DNA of 64,000 bases, taken from contig OY761614.1 of NCBI GenBank assembly GCA_963664825.1, positions 1,120,001 to 1,184,000 of the forward strand, read 5' to 3'. Below the pieces are notes generated by a model. The model was not told the origin of the DNA and searched no databases. It saw only the letters and a program-made list of their open reading frames with translations. The stretch is from an uncultured Holophaga sp. (GTDB lineage Bacteria > Acidobacteriota > Holophagae > Holophagales > Holophagaceae). Positions 34,701 to 46,117 of the stretch are shown here, piece by piece (position 1 is the first letter of the stretch; each line of letters begins with the position of its first letter). The translations under genes were made by a program, and so were the position numbers.

Positions 34701-35027
34701 ATGCTAACCTATAAACCCACACACCCGAACGGCCAGGCCACGCTTCAGCTCACAGGGGCCCTCACCATCTACACAGCGGCCGAGGCCAAGGCCGAGATCC
34801 CGGCACGGATGGCCAAGGCGGGTACCCAGACCCTGGATCTCTCCGGCGTTGAGGAACTGGATACCGCAGGCGTGCAGCTCTTGCTCTGGCTCAAGCGCGA
34901 GGCGGCGAACCAGGGCAAGGCCCTGGTGCTCGCCCACCACAGTCCCGCAGTCCTGGAAATCCTCGATCTGCTGAAGCTGACGGCCACCTTTGGCGATCCC
35001 ATCCTCCTTTCCCCCTCCGCTTCCTGA
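34701..35027 (+). CDS. STAS-domain protein
   Basis: LTGALTIY..LDLSGVEELDTAGVQLL. Confidence 0.85.
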   Translation: MLTYKPTHPNGQATLQLTGALTIYTAAEAKAEIPARMAKAGTQTLDLSGVEELDTAGVQLLLWLKREAANQGKALVLAHHSPAVLEILDLLKLTATFGDPILLSPSAS

Positions 35028-35037
35028 AGGAGCCACC

Positions 35038-37224
35038 ATGGATCTCGATAAGGCGAAGCAGACCTTCATCATCGAGGCCAGAGAATTACTGGCGGCCATG
35101 GAGGAAGCGCTCCTGGGCATCGAGGGCGAAGTGGATACGGGCGAATCCATCAACGCCATGTTCCGGGCCGTCCACACCATCAAGGGTTCCGCAGGCCTCT
35201 TCGGCCTGGACCCGGTGGTGCGCTTCGCCCATACGGTGGAGAGCGTCATGGACCGGGTGCGGGCCCGCCAGATCACGCTGGACCCAACCCTCATCGGGAT
35301 CCTGTTGGAATGCCACGATCACCTGGAGAGCCTCATCTCCTCCACCCAGGAGGGCGTCGAGGAGGCGCCCGAGAGCCAGGAGGTGAGCAAGAGACTCCTG
35401 GGAAGCTTGGTGCCCTACCTGGAGAACGGGGGCGCCTCCGCAGCCCCTTCGGCCTCCCTGGCCACACGCTCCGGTGAACACGCGAAAAATGGCCGGAACG
35501 AATGCTGGCACCTCTCCATCCGCTTCGGAAGCGATGTGCTGCGCAATGGCATGGATCCCCTCTCCTTCATCCGCTACCTGGGCACCCTGGGGCGCATCGT
35601 CCATCTCGTGCCGCTGCTGGAGAGCCTGCCGCTGGGTGCCACCTATGATCCGGAGTGCTGCTATCTGGGCCTGGAGCTGGATCTGGAAACCGATGCCGAG
35701 CGCCAGGCCATCGAGGATGTCTTCGAATTCGTGCGGGACGATAGCCGCATCCGCCTGATCCCTCCCCATTCCAAGGTGGAGGAATACATCGCCTTCATCC
35801 GGGAGATGCCCGAAGGCGAGCGCTTCCTGGGGGAGATCCTGGTGGCCGGGGGCTGCATCACAGCCAAGGACCTGGAAGAGGCCCTCCATACCCAGAAGAG
35901 CGAGGCCATGGAAGAGGGCGCCATCCAGGGCCGACGCATCGGCAATATCCTCATCGAGGATCAGGCCGTGCCCCCGCCCCTGGTGGCGGCGGCCCTGGAT
36001 AAGCAGAAGAAATTCCAGGAACGCCAGGCCCAGGAGATGAAGGTCGTCAAGGTCCAGGCCGACAAGCTGGATCGGCTGGTGGATCTGGTGGGAGAGCTGG
36101 TGATCTCCGGGGCCTCGGCCAACGCCATGGCCGCAGAAATGGCCATCAATTCCCGGGACGCCCGGCTCCTGGAGGCCACCACCATCGTCAATAAGCTGGT
36201 GGAGGAGATCCGCGATAACGCCCTCAGCCTGCGCATGGTGCAGATCGGCGACACCTTCAACCGCTTCCGCCGCATCGTGCGGGATGTGTCCCAGGAGATG
36301 GGCAAGACCATCGAACTGGAGATCCACGGAGGGGATACCGAACTGGACAAGACCATCGTGGAAAAGCTGAGCGATCCGCTCATGCACATCGTCCGCAATT
36401 CCATCGACCACGGCATCGAGCCCCTGGAAGTGCGCCGGGCGCGGGGGAAACCCGATATCGGTTCGCTCTCTCTCACGGCCTTCCACGAATCCGGCAGCAT
36501 CGTCATCGAAGTGGCCGATGACGGCGGCGGGCTCAATAAGGCCAAGATCCTCCAGAAGGCCATCGAGCGGGGCCTGGTGCGCGAGGGGGCCGAACTCAGC
36601 GAGAGCGAGATCACTAGCCTCATCTTCGAACCCGGCTTTTCCACGGCCGACGCCGTCACCAAGCTCTCGGGCCGGGGCGTGGGCATGGACGTGGTGCGGC
36701 GCAATATCGATGAGCTGCGAGGCACCATCGAAGTGGAATCCTATGAGGAGGGCGGCACCACCATTCGCATTCGCCTGCCCCTGACCCTGGCGATCATCGA
36801 CGGGTTCCGGGTGGGCATCGGCGGAGCCTCATACGTCGTGCCTCTCGATATGGTCATCGAATGTCTGGATCTGGGTCCCTTCCTGGAATCCGAGGAGAAC
36901 CACCTCATCAATTTGCGGGGCGAAGTGCTGCCCTTCCTGCGTCTGCGGGAAGTCTTCCAGATGAAGGGAGAAGCCCCGACCCGGGAGCGGGTGATCGTGG
37001 TCCAGTACGGGGAGACCCGGGCGGGCCTGGTGGTGGACAAGCTCATGGGCGAATTCCAGACCGTGATCAAGCCCCTGGGCAATCTCTTCAAGAATGTGCG
37101 GGGCGTGGGGGGGTCCACCATCCTCGGTTCCGGCGAAGTGGCCCTGATTTTAGATGTGCCCCAGTTGGTGGCCCTGGCTTCGGAACACCGCACCTCCCTC
37201 TCCAGGCTCCTGGCACCCCAATAG
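35038..37224 (+). CDS. cheA: Chemotaxis histidine kinase CheA
   Basis: [12 protein letters not shown] (Hpt), [31 protein letters not shown]-terminal CheW domain. Confidence 0.95.
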   Translation: MDLDKAKQTFIIEARELLAAMEEALLGIEGEVDTGESINAMFRAVHTIKGSAGLFGLDPVVRFAHTVESVMDRVRARQITLDPTLIGILLECHDHLESLISSTQEGVEEAPESQEVSKRLLGSLVPYLENGGASAAPSASLATRSGEHAKNGRNECWHLSIRFGSDVLRNGMDPLSFIRYLGTLGRIVHLVPLLESLPLGATYDPECCYLGLELDLETDAERQAIEDVFEFVRDDSRIRLIPPHSKVEEYIAFIREMPEGERFLGEILVAGGCITAKDLEEALHTQKSEAMEEGAIQGRRIGNILIEDQAVPPPLVAAALDKQKKFQERQAQEMKVVKVQADKLDRLVDLVGELVISGASANAMAAEMAINSRDARLLEATTIVNKLVEEIRDNALSLRMVQIGDTFNRFRRIVRDVSQEMGKTIELEIHGGDTELDKTIVEKLSDPLMHIVRNSIDHGIEPLEVRRARGKPDIGSLSLTAFHESGSIVIEVADDGGGLNKAKILQKAIERGLVREGAELSESEITSLIFEPGFSTADAVTKLSGRGVGMDVVRRNIDELRGTIEVESYEEGGTTIRIRLPLTLAIIDGFRVGIGGASYVVPLDMVIECLDLGPFLESEENHLINLRGEVLPFLRLREVFQMKGEAPTRERVIVVQYGETRAGLVVDKLMGEFQTVIKPLGNLFKNVRGVGGSTILGSGEVALILDVPQLVALASEHRTSLSRLLAPQ

Positions 37225-37276
37225 CCGCATCCCTCGAACGCTTTTCATCCCTTTCCAACTTCTTTGGAGTTTGATC

Positions 37277-38899
37277 GTGCTCAAGAACATGAAGGTCGCC
37301 GTCCGGCTCGCCACCGCTTTCGGGCTTCTCCTCCTGCTAATGCTGGTCATGGCCACCGGAAATTACATCAGCATGCGTTCGGCGAGCACACAGGTCGGTG
37401 CGATCGTCCATACCAACACGCCCGAACTCGTGGCCGCCAAGGATACGGTTATCGCCAGTTGGGTCATAGGTTCAACCTCTCGGGATGTCCTACTGGCCAA
37501 CACGAGTCAGGAATATCAGAAGGCCAAGGAGAGCCTTAAGGCCTCCCAGGAGAAGTATCTGGAATCATCCGGAAAGACCATGAAGCTCTTCGAGACCTTC
37601 GATGCCAGCACCACGGCCAAGGAGAAGGATCTCCTCAAACAGGCCAAGGATTATCGCGAGAAGGTCTGGACCAGCATCGATCACATGATGAACCTCTTGG
37701 ACCAGGGCAAGAAGGCCGAGGCCGAGCAGGTGCGCATCTCCGAAGTGCGCCCTGATCTGCTGGGCATTGTGGGGAAGCTCACGGAACTGGCCGACTATGA
37801 GACGGAATTGAATGCCAAGACCGGTGAAGAAGTGAATAGCGGCATGAGTTCGGCTCAGCGAACTAGCATCATCCTATTCGTTTTGGCCATCGCCTTTGGC
37901 GTGGCCGCAGCGATGGTGGTCACCAAGAGCATCACGGGCGATCTGGGCGGTGAGCCCGGCTACGCGGAGGAGGTCGTGAAGCGCATCGCAGGGGGCGATC
38001 TGAGCGTGGATGTGCAGACCCTCCCCGGGGACAAGGCCAGCATGATGGTCTCCATCAAGGAGATGGTCTCTAAGCTCGTGGAGATCATCGGCCAGGTGAG
38101 GGAGAACTCGGGATCCCTGGTGGGAGCCGCCGAACAACTGAGCGCCACGGCCCAGACCCTGAGCCAGGGGGCCTCGGAGCAGGCGGCCAGCGTGGAAGAG
38201 ACCTCGGCCAGCATGGAAGAGATGAGTGCTTCCATCGCGCAAAATAACGAGAACTCCAAGGTCACAGGCGATATCGCCACCCGCAGCGCCAAGGAAGCCG
38301 TGGAGGGCGGAGAGTCCGTGCGGGAGACCGTGGCGGCCATGAAGCAGATCGCGAAGAAGATTGCCATCATCGATGACATCGCCTACCAGACCAACCTGCT
38401 GGCGCTGAACGCCGCCATCGAAGCGGGCCGGGCGGGCGAGCATGGCAAGGGCTTCGCCGTGGTGGCAGCCGAAGTGCGCAAGCTGGCCGAACGCAGCCAG
38501 GTGGCCGCCGAAGAGATCAGCCAACTGGCCTCGGGCAGTGTAGGCCTGGCCGAAAAAGCGGGCGGACTGTTGGAAACGATTGTTCCCTCCATCCAGAAAA
38601 CGGCCGATCTCGTGCAGGAGATCGCCGCGGCTTCCGCCGAACAGAATTCCGGCGTGGGCCAGATCAATGGGGCCCTCACCCAGATCACCCAGGCCGTGCA
38701 GCAGAATGCTGCCGCTTCCGAAGAACTGGCATCCACCTCGGAAGAAGTGAACGCCCAGGCTCAGGAGCTCCAGAACACCATGGAATTCTTCCGCCTCGCT
38801 GGGGGAACTCAGAAGAAGGTGCGGACGGTTTCCCCCAAGGTCAATATCCGACGGCCCGCCACCGAAGACATCGACGACCGCCAATTCACGCGCTTCTAG
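37277..38899 (+). CDS. Methyl-accepting chemotaxis protein (two TM helices, periplasmic helical sensor)
   Basis: [40 protein letters not shown]. Confidence 0.95.
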   Translation: MLKNMKVAVRLATAFGLLLLLMLVMATGNYISMRSASTQVGAIVHTNTPELVAAKDTVIASWVIGSTSRDVLLANTSQEYQKAKESLKASQEKYLESSGKTMKLFETFDASTTAKEKDLLKQAKDYREKVWTSIDHMMNLLDQGKKAEAEQVRISEVRPDLLGIVGKLTELADYETELNAKTGEEVNSGMSSAQRTSIILFVLAIAFGVAAAMVVTKSITGDLGGEPGYAEEVVKRIAGGDLSVDVQTLPGDKASMMVSIKEMVSKLVEIIGQVRENSGSLVGAAEQLSATAQTLSQGASEQAASVEETSASMEEMSASIAQNNENSKVTGDIATRSAKEAVEGGESVRETVAAMKQIAKKIAIIDDIAYQTNLLALNAAIEAGRAGEHGKGFAVVAAEVRKLAERSQVAAEEISQLASGSVGLAEKAGGLLETIVPSIQKTADLVQEIAAASAEQNSGVGQINGALTQITQAVQQNAAASEELASTSEEVNAQAQELQNTMEFFRLAGGTQKKVRTVSPKVNIRRPATEDIDDRQFTRF

Positions 38900-38900
38900 C

Positions 38901-39458
38901 ATGGCTGAATCGATGCAGCTCGTCCCCCGCAGTCCCGAGGCGCTCAATACCCCGGGAAAGAGCGCGCTACATAGCCAGTTCCTCACCTTCTCCCTGAGAG
39001 GCGAAGTCCTCGCCATGGAAGTCCGCTTCGTCAAGGAGATCCTCCAGTACGGCTCCATCACCGAAGTGCCCCTCGCCCCCCCCACCGTGCGGGGAGTGAT
39101 GAACCTGCGGGGGGCCGTGATCCCGGTGATCGATCTGGCGGTGCGCTTCGGCCGTCCGGCCACAGCCGCGGACAAGCGGACCTGTGTGGTCATCCTGGAG
39201 GTGGAAGAAGAGGATCGGACAACCGTTATGGGCATCGTGGTGGATCATGTGAGCGAGGTCCTGGATATCTCCGAGAACGAGATCGAAGCCGCACCCTCCT
39301 TTGGAAGCACCCTCCGGGCCGATTTCGTCCGGGGGGTGGGGAAGATCGGAGGCCGCTTCGTCATCCTGCTGGATATCGAACGTGTGCTCTCCGCCGAAGA
39401 ACTGGGGAGTTTCGAGTTCGCCCAGGATCGTGCCTGCGTTTCTGAACCCGCATCCTGA
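38901..39458 (+). CDS. cheW: CheW
   Basis: QFLTFSL, RGVMNLRGAVIPVIDL. Confidence 0.92.
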   Translation: MAESMQLVPRSPEALNTPGKSALHSQFLTFSLRGEVLAMEVRFVKEILQYGSITEVPLAPPTVRGVMNLRGAVIPVIDLAVRFGRPATAADKRTCVVILEVEEEDRTTVMGIVVDHVSEVLDISENEIEAAPSFGSTLRADFVRGVGKIGGRFVILLDIERVLSAEELGSFEFAQDRACVSEPAS

Positions 39459-39471
39459 GGAGGAGCCTGTC

Positions 39472-40008
39472 ATGGCGGAACCGAGACTCGGTGCCCGAAA
39501 AATCAAGACCGCTCCCCCGGCGGAGCCGAAGAAACAATACCTCGCCTTCGGGCTGGGGGGTGAAGCCTTCGCCATGGAGATCGGCTATGTGAAGGAGGTC
39601 ATCCAGTATGGGGAACTCACCGACGTGCCCCTGATGCCCCCCTTCATCCGGGGCGTCATCAATCTCCGGGGCGCCATGGTGCCGGTGATCGATCTCTCCG
39701 TGCGCTTCGGGAGGCCCCCGACGGAAGTGGCCCATCGGAGCTGCGTGGTCATCCTGGAGGTGCCCCGACCGGAGGGCCCCGTGATCGTGGGCGTCATCGT
39801 GGAAAACGTGAGCGAAGTGTTGGAGCTGGCCGCTTCGGAGATCGAAGCGGCGCCTTCCTTCGGGGGGGATCTCCGCAGGGAGTTCCTGAGCGGCGTCGGC
39901 AAGATCGGCACCCGCTTCGTCATCCTCCTGGACGTGAACCACGTGCTCTCCACCGATGAACTGTCGGCCCTCTCAAGCGACAAGGCCCCTCAGGCCCAGG
40001 TGGAATAG
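39472..40008 (+). CDS. cheW: CheW, second copy
   Basis: QYLAFGL, RGVINLRGAMVPVIDL; GGAGGAG RBS before ATG 39472. Confidence 0.92.
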   Translation: MAEPRLGARKIKTAPPAEPKKQYLAFGLGGEAFAMEIGYVKEVIQYGELTDVPLMPPFIRGVINLRGAMVPVIDLSVRFGRPPTEVAHRSCVVILEVPRPEGPVIVGVIVENVSEVLELAASEIEAAPSFGGDLRREFLSGVGKIGTRFVILLDVNHVLSTDELSALSSDKAPQAQVE

Positions 40009-40048
40009 CCCTCCAATACAGGGAATCCGGGTCCTCCGAGCTGATTAA

Positions 40049-40077
40049 TACGATGATCGTAATTTACGGTTATCGTA
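40049..40077. promoter_or_regulatory. Tandem palindromic operators upstream of MarR
   Basis: TACGATGATCGTA (40049-40061) and TACGGTTATCGTA (40065-40077). Confidence 0.6.
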
Positions 40078-40104
40078 CTAATTCACTCGTGCCCCAGAGA
40101 TCCC

Positions 40105-40575
40105 ATGCCCTCCACCCCGATCCCAGCGCCCCCCGACGATATCCCCCACCTCTGGCACGCCCTGCTCGGCTGCATGCGCACAGTGAAGGCCGAAGCCCGG
40201 TTCCAGGCCATCCACGGCCTCTCCCCCCTGGAGACGGAGACCCTGGACCGGGTGGCGGAACACCCGGACCTCATCCTGAGGGAACTGGCCGCAGCTTTGC
40301 AGATCCCCCAGAGCACCCTCACCAGCCTCATCAACCGGCTGGAACGCCAGGAACTGCTGATGCGGATCATCAGCCCCCGGGACCGCCGTTCCTATGGCCT
40401 GGCCCTCACGACACAGGGGCGCCGGGCTCAGGAGGCCCATCGGGAGTTCGAGCGAGTCGCCTGGACCCGCCTCCTGCGCCCCCTGGACCCTCCCAAGAAA
40501 AAGGCCTTTCGGGGCATGCTGGAAGCCCTGGTCCAGGGTTTCCACGAGAAGCAGAAGGGTCCCTCTCATGAATGA
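40105..40575 (+). CDS. MarR-family regulator
   Basis: ELAAALQIPQSTLTSLINRLE..DRRSYGLALTTQG. Confidence 0.9.
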   Translation: MPSTPIPAPPDDIPHLWHALLGCMRTVKAEARFQAIHGLSPLETETLDRVAEHPDLILRELAAALQIPQSTLTSLINRLERQELLMRIISPRDRRSYGLALTTQGRRAQEAHREFERVAWTRLLRPLDPPKKKAFRGMLEALVQGFHEKQKGPSHE

Positions 40576-41962
40576 TGCCCCGGCGGTACCCGCCTCGTTG
40601 AAATGGTGGACCCTGGGGGTGGTGGGCATCGGCACCTTCATGTCGGCCCTGGATACCAGCGTCATCAATATCGCCCTGCCCAGCATCGGTCGGCAGACGG
40701 GAGCCTCCATCTCCACCCTGGAATGGGTGGCCCTGGCCTACCTGATCACCGTCAGCTCCACCCTACTGGCCTTCGGCAGACTGGGCGACCTCCAGGGCAA
40801 GCGGCGCATCTACATGCTCGGCCTGGCCGTCTTCGGAATGGGTTCCCTTTTCTGCGGCCTCTCGGGAGGCATCGGCCTGCTCATCGGCTCCCGGGTCATC
40901 CAAGGCCTGGGGGGCGCCATGCTGTTCGCCCTCAGTCCGGCCCTCCTCGTGGCCGTCTTCCCGCCCCAGGAAAGGGGCCGCGCCCTGGGCATGCAGGCCA
41001 CCATGACCTATCTGGGCATGTCCATCGGACCGGGCCTGGGGGGCTTCCTGACCCAGCACTTCGGCTGGCCCTCCATTTTCTTCGTGAACGTGCCCATCGC
41101 CATCCTCATGCTGGCGGTCTCCTTCAGGGTGCTGCGGGTGGACGCCCGGCAACAGGCCCAGCCCTTCGATCTGCGAGGTTCGGTGACCATGATGGTCGCC
41201 CTGGCCTTCCTCCTGTTTGTACTGAGCAAGGGCCTGGACCTGGGCTGGACCAGCCCGGGAATCCTCGCGGCGGGCACGGTGGCGCTGCTGGCCTTCACGT
41301 TCTTCCTCCGCACCGAGACCAGCATTCCCCACCCGGCCTTGGATCTGCGACTCTTCGGCTCTCGGGTGTTCTCCTTTTCCACCCTGGCGGCCTTCCTGTG
41401 CTACGCCACCACCGCGAGCATCAATTTCATGCTGCCTTTCTTCCTCATCCAGGGCTGCGGCCGCACCATCGCCCAGGCCGGTCTGGTGATGATGATGATC
41501 CCGGTGGGCATGCTGGCCCTCACAGGTCTCAGCGGCTGGCTTTCGGACCGCATCGGCCCCCGCATCCCCACCGTGCTGGGCCTGCTGTTCATGGCCATGG
41601 GCTTCCTACTTCTGCGCACCCTGAGTCCCGCGACCCCCCTGCATCCCACACTCGCCATCACGCTGCTCATCGGCCTGGGCGCGGGCCTATTCACGGCCCC
41701 CAATAACAGCGCCATCATGGGCGCGGCCCCCAGAGCCCGCCAGGGAGTGGCCGGCGCGGTGCTCGCCGCCGCCCGCACCACAGGATTTGCCTCCGGGGTG
41801 GCCCTGGGCGGTCTGTGCCTGACACTCGCCATGCGCCATCTGGCAGCCCCGGCCGCGGTCCAGGTCGGCCTCCGCCACGGGTTGCTGCTCCTGAGCGGAA
41901 TGGCGATCCTGGCCGCGGCCCTATGCCTGGCCCGCAACAGGACACGGGTCAGCGGGGCCTGA
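40568..41962 (+). CDS. MFS drug:H+ antiporter (DHA2/EmrB-QacA-like)
   Basis: FMSALDTSVINIALP, GRLGDLQGKRR, ERGRALG, WPSIFFVNVP. Confidence 0.92.
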   Translation: MNDAPAVPASLKWWTLGVVGIGTFMSALDTSVINIALPSIGRQTGASISTLEWVALAYLITVSSTLLAFGRLGDLQGKRRIYMLGLAVFGMGSLFCGLSGGIGLLIGSRVIQGLGGAMLFALSPALLVAVFPPQERGRALGMQATMTYLGMSIGPGLGGFLTQHFGWPSIFFVNVPIAILMLAVSFRVLRVDARQQAQPFDLRGSVTMMVALAFLLFVLSKGLDLGWTSPGILAAGTVALLAFTFFLRTETSIPHPALDLRLFGSRVFSFSTLAAFLCYATTASINFMLPFFLIQGCGRTIAQAGLVMMMIPVGMLALTGLSGWLSDRIGPRIPTVLGLLFMAMGFLLLRTLSPATPLHPTLAITLLIGLGAGLFTAPNNSAIMGAAPRARQGVAGAVLAAARTTGFASGVALGGLCLTLAMRHLAAPAAVQVGLRHGLLLLSGMAILAAALCLARNRTRVSGA

Positions 41963-42202
41963 ACCCAGGGTGCGATCAAGGATAGCGATCCGGAACGCGT
42001 CAACGACTTTGAGACAGAAAGTTGCCTGAATTCTCGCTTGGACCCACCCGCTGCGGAGAGGTGCCGGGGCCATGGACAAGTCTTTGACTTGACCACAGCC
42101 CCTTGGAAAACGTATCGATTCACCCCCCTTGTCCCTGTGACCACGTAAGCCGGTGGCAGGCAGCCATGATGGGCTGGTGATGTCCCGCTTGCCCTGGCAG
42201 CC

Positions 42203-42749
42203 TCAGGCTGGTTCCAGTGCCGGTAGGGGCTGGTTGGATCGGGCGGAGTGGAGGGCCCTGAGCAGCCAGTCGAAGTAGGGGACGCCGCGGATGCGGGCGG
42301 TGGTGCCCAGGCTCAGGAGGCGTTCGAAGAATCGCTTTCCGTCCGCGCTGGGCAGTCGCTGGAAGATCCGCTTGAGGATCACGAGGGGGCGCAGGGCCCG
42401 CTCGGCCGCATTGTTCGTCGGCTCCACGCCCTCGACCTTCAGGAACACCCAGAGCTTGTCCCATTTCCGGAGGAGGTCCTTCCCGAGGTTTCGGGCGGCC
42501 TTGTGATCCATCGCGCTGGCCTGGATCAGACCGCGTTTGAGCCGCGCCAGATTGATGGCGGTGCAGGCCCGGAGCTCTTTCCGGCTGATGTCGCCCGCCC
42601 GGAAGGTGTGCCACAGCGCAAAGATCTCCTCCTGCTCGGCGAGCAGTCGCTTTCCCAGTGCGGCCACCTCGGGCTTCTGGGATTCGCTCAGGGCGACGAA
42701 CTCGCGGCGCAAATGGGCCCAGCAGAACTGGCGAACGGCAGATTTTAAG
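42203..42749 (-). pseudogene. IS66 transposase, C-terminal fragment
   Basis: QFCWAHLRREF, EPTNNAAERALRPLVI. Confidence 0.9.
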
Positions 42750-44079
42750 GGTTCTTCACGTTTTTCCGGGGAAGGCCGCACGGATCTTAAGGAAGAAGTA
42801 GCCCTCATCCCGGTAGCCGTAGGCGATGCGCTTGAGGACTTTGATCTTGTTGTTGATCCCTTCCTGGACGCTGGTATTGAGCGGCCAGCGGCAATGGGAG
42901 AGGATTCCGTCGATCCGCTGGGCGAGATTCTTGGCGAACTTCACGAGGGGCTGGAGTCCACTTGAGGTGGCGAGTTCCATCCAGTTCTCCCAGGCCTTCA
43001 GAGCCCAGCCCTCCCGCGTGTAGCGCCACAGTGCCTTCAGGGCGTCTTTCAGCACGTAGGCGGTCATCAGAGGCTGGTTCGCGTCCAATAACTCGTTGAG
43101 GCGGACTTTGGCATCCCGATTCGGCAGGTTCTCCCAATTGCCCAGCAGGAGCCACTTCGCGCCCTTGACGAGCTCCCGCGAGGCCTTGTCGTGCCGGTAT
43201 CGATTGGCCTCATCCACCCGGATCCGGTCGATGACGTCATGGCCGTACTTTGCCACGACATGAAACTGGTCGTAGACGATCTCGGCGTTGGGACAGCGCG
43301 CCCGGACTTCGCCTTCGAAGGCCGCCGACATGTCTATGCCCACGGCCTGGATCCGTTTGCAGCCCTTCTTCCCGATCAGATCGAAGAACGGGCGGATGTC
43401 CTCGCGGCCACGCCCTTTCCCGACCCAGAGCACGCGACGCGTTTCCGCATCCGTGATGACCGTGGCATAGCTCTGTCCCTTGTGGATGGCGAATTCGTCC
43501 ATCAGAAGAAGCCTCGCCTTGCTCAGCTTCACGGGCCCAAGTTCTCGGTCCAGGTAAGCCTTGTCGATCGCCTTCACCGTGCCCCAGTGCAGGTCATAGT
43601 GCTCCGCGACCTGTTTGATGGGCATGACCTTGCAAAGCCGCGCCACGCTCGCGGCAAGCCGGTTCGTGATCCGGGCATGGGGCTCCAACCAGTCCAGGGC
43701 TTCCAGCTTCGGGCCGCACCGGGGGCAGGCTACTCGAGCCCGCCACACCACTAGGACTGTGTCGGCGTCGAACAGCGGAAGGTCGCGGATCTCCCGCTCT
43801 GACCAGTCGTGGACGCTCCGCACGAAATGCCCACAACCGCTGCACTTCCGGGGATGATCGCCGAACCCAAGCAACTCGATCCACACCTCGGCCCGCGGCC
43901 CCTTCACCCCGGCTTCGAAGCGCTCCACGATTCCGACGCGTTGCCCTTTCCACCCGCCCAAGCGGGACATAAGCTCTTTGGTAGGCAGTGGCGGCCTCCT
44001 TCATCTCGAGTTCTCGACAAACCCAAGATGCCTGAAATCCGCCACTGCCGACCTACTTCACGCAAATCCGCGAAGAACC
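42750..44079 (-). mobile_element. ISL3-family element (innermost)
   Basis: Termini GGTTCTTC...GAAGAACC; 8-bp TSD ATTTTAAG at 42742-42749 and 44080-44087. Confidence 0.93.
42756..43970 (-). CDS. ISL3-family transposase
   Basis: CSGC/CPRC zinc finger, MDEFA, GIDMS, YDQFHVV, EGINNKIKVLKRIAYGYR. Confidence 0.95.
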   Translation of the reverse strand: MSRLGGWKGQRVGIVERFEAGVKGPRAEVWIELLGFGDHPRKCSGCGHFVRSVHDWSEREIRDLPLFDADTVLVVWRARVACPRCGPKLEALDWLEPHARITNRLAASVARLCKVMPIKQVAEHYDLHWGTVKAIDKAYLDRELGPVKLSKARLLLMDEFAIHKGQSYATVITDAETRRVLWVGKGRGREDIRPFFDLIGKKGCKRIQAVGIDMSAAFEGEVRARCPNAEIVYDQFHVVAKYGHDVIDRIRVDEANRYRHDKASRELVKGAKWLLLGNWENLPNRDAKVRLNELLDANQPLMTAYVLKDALKALWRYTREGWALKAWENWMELATSSGLQPLVKFAKNLAQRIDGILSHCRWPLNTSVQEGINNKIKVLKRIAYGYRDEGYFFLKIRAAFPGKT

Positions 44080-44968
44080 ATTTTAAGGCGTTGTAGGCGC
44101 CGTAGCGGTCCGTGCCAATCACGCCTTGGAAGTCCTCGGGAAGTATCGCCTTTAGGGCCCTCGCCCCACGGGTGTCACTGAAGTGGAAGAGGGCCGTACG
44201 GGCGGAAAGGGCCACCCAGATCCAGTCCCGGTCCTTCCGGCCGAAGCCGGTCTCGTCGAGGTTGAGCACATCCGCCGTACGGATCTGCTGGGAGAGGTCC
44301 TCCCAGGCGGGGAGTAGGTGGCTCCCCAGCGCCACACCGCTCTCGTGCAGCCAACCGCGTGAGACCGCTACGCCCGTCACCTCCGAGAGGAAACGCTGGA
44401 GCGGCGTCAGGCTCATGCGGCCCTCTGTGCGCAGATAGGCCGCCGCAGCCTGAAGGCGCGGGCCGATCCCGCCCGGCGCAGCCTCTGGGGGAAGCGGCGC
44501 CTGCACCTTCCTCTGGCAGTGCGGGCAGATCCCCTCCTCCAGCGCGTAGGCGATGACTTCTGTGAGGCGCTGAGCCAGATCCACCACCCGGTGCAGGCGC
44601 GTCCCGGTGATGGCCCCTGAAGGAACCTCGCCTCGGCAGTGGGGGCAACAGGCGAGGGGCACCGAAACCGTACGGTCCTCGCTGCCTTCCGGCAGCATCA
44701 CCCGAGCGGATCCCTTCCGTCCCGGTTGGCCGCCGCGCTTGCGCCCCGTGGGCGGCGCCGGTGGCTTGGGTGGCGCCGCGGGTCCGTCCGAACTGGGGGG
44801 CTTGCTGCTGTTGCGACTGTCCTTCCCGAGGCGATCCTGGAGCGACTCCAGCAATTTTTCCAGGCGTTCCATCGCCTCCCGCAGGCAGACCATTTCCGCA
44901 CGCAGTTCCCCGTTCTCGGCAGCCAGGGCCAGATAACGCGGATCAGTCAGAACAGGATCAAGCTCCAT
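44080..44968 (-). pseudogene. IS66 transposase, N-terminal fragment
   Basis: KDSRNSSKPPSSD, RKRGGQPG, CPHC x2, NLDETG, TDRYGAY; rejoins in frame as YNALKSAVRQFC once ISL3 and one TSD copy are removed. Confidence 0.9.
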
Positions 44969-45127
44969 CCTTCAGAATCTGACTGGTTTGAGACCAAAGT
45001 ACAAGCGAATTATTCACTTGCGGTGATTTTATCCTCAATCACGAGTTGAGCCTGCATGGGGGGGGGGTGAATCGATACTGGAAAACGCTGCGCGTTTCCC
45101 ACACCTCACAGCAGCCGAAGGAGATCA

Positions 45128-46117
45128 TCATGCTGCGATTTCCTTTTTTGGGGGATTGATCCACGCCGGACTTGGCAGTGCGGGCGGCTTGGGGCGTCCC
45201 TGGGAAAACCGCTCGGGGTGGGCCTGGAACGCCTGATCGAGCACGACCTGGCGGGCGGCGTGGATCTCCTCGGCGCGGCCTTCGTGGACGCTGGCGGGCG
45301 TCATCATGCCGATGCCGCTGTGCCGATGCAGATGGTTGTACCAATGGAAGTAGCGGCGGCAGAAGCTTCGCGCGTCCTCGATGGAACCGAACCGCTCCGG
45401 GAAGTCGGGGCTGTATTTCAGCGTCTTGAACTGCGATTCGGAATACGGGTTGTCGTCGGAAACGTGAGGCCGACTGTGGCTCTTCGTGACCTTCAGGTCG
45501 GTGAGGAGGGTGCCCACCGTCTTGGAAACCATGGCTGGGCCTCGGTCCGAATGCAGGGTCAGTTCACCCGGCCGGATGCCATGCTGGAGGAAGGTCTGGC
45601 GGTGGAACTCCCTGGCGAGGTCCTCGTCCTCCCGCTCCTGCACGGTCCAGCCCACGACCAGGCGGCTGAACAGATCGATGGTCACGTAGAGCTTGAAGCG
45701 GCTGCCTCGCACGGGACCCTTGAGATCCGTGATATCCCAGCTCCACACCTGGTTCGGCGCCTGCGCGCAGAGTTCGGGTTTCACATAGACCGGATGCCGC
45801 GCCTGGTCGCGCCGTTCCTTCACTTCCTGAGCCTCGTCGAGGATTCGGTACATGGTCCGCGACGAGCAGAGATAGCGGCCTTCATCCATCAACGTCGCCT
45901 GGATCTCGGCGGGCGCACGGCCCACGAAACGCTCCGAATGACACACCTCCAGCACTGCCTGTCGTTCCGAGTCCGAGAGCGCCCGCGGGGATTTGGGACG
46001 AGGCCCGGGTGGACCTTTCGGCTTTCGGCGGCGGTAGAAGGTCGCCCGCGATACGCACAGCAGATCACAGGCCGGCTGAATCCCGATCTCTTCCGCCAAG
46101 GCTACCGCCGCCGTCAT
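45128..46117 (-). CDS. IS3-like transposase OrfB (DDE integrase core)
   Basis: PNQVWSWDIT, HSDRG, SDDNPYSESQFKTLK, WYNHLHRHSGI. Confidence 0.9.
   Translation of the reverse strand: MTAAVALAEEIGIQPACDLLCVSRATFYRRRKPKGPPGPRPKSPRALSDSERQAVLEVCHSERFVGRAPAEIQATLMDEGRYLCSSRTMYRILDEAQEVKERRDQARHPVYVKPELCAQAPNQVWSWDITDLKGPVRGSRFKLYVTIDLFSRLVVGWTVQEREDEDLAREFHRQTFLQHGIRPGELTLHSDRGPAMVSKTVGTLLTDLKVTKSHSRPHVSDDNPYSESQFKTLKYSPDFPERFGSIEDARSFCRRYFHWYNHLHRHSGIGMMTPASVHEGRAEEIHAARQVVLDQAFQAHPERFSQGRPKPPALPSPAWINPPKKEIAA

Larger units (their letters stand above)
42112..45078 (-). mobile_element. IS66-family element (single transposase ORF), interrupted by ISL3
   Basis: 17-bp perfect TIR GTATCGATTCACCCCCC; 8-bp TSD TGGAAAAC at 42104-42111 and 45079-45086. 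Confidence 0.92.

Noticed and set aside
15046..39235. Long antisense or alternate-frame ORFs (e.g. 15046-16833, 21947-23905, 31345-33420, 35086-36486, 37874-39235)
   Set aside because: Shadow ORFs typical of high-GC DNA overlapping well-supported genes; no recognisable motifs.
43904..44968. 354-aa ORF as an intact IS66 transposase
   Set aside because: Residues after YNALK are read-through into the ISL3 end; the true C-terminus lies at 42203-42749.
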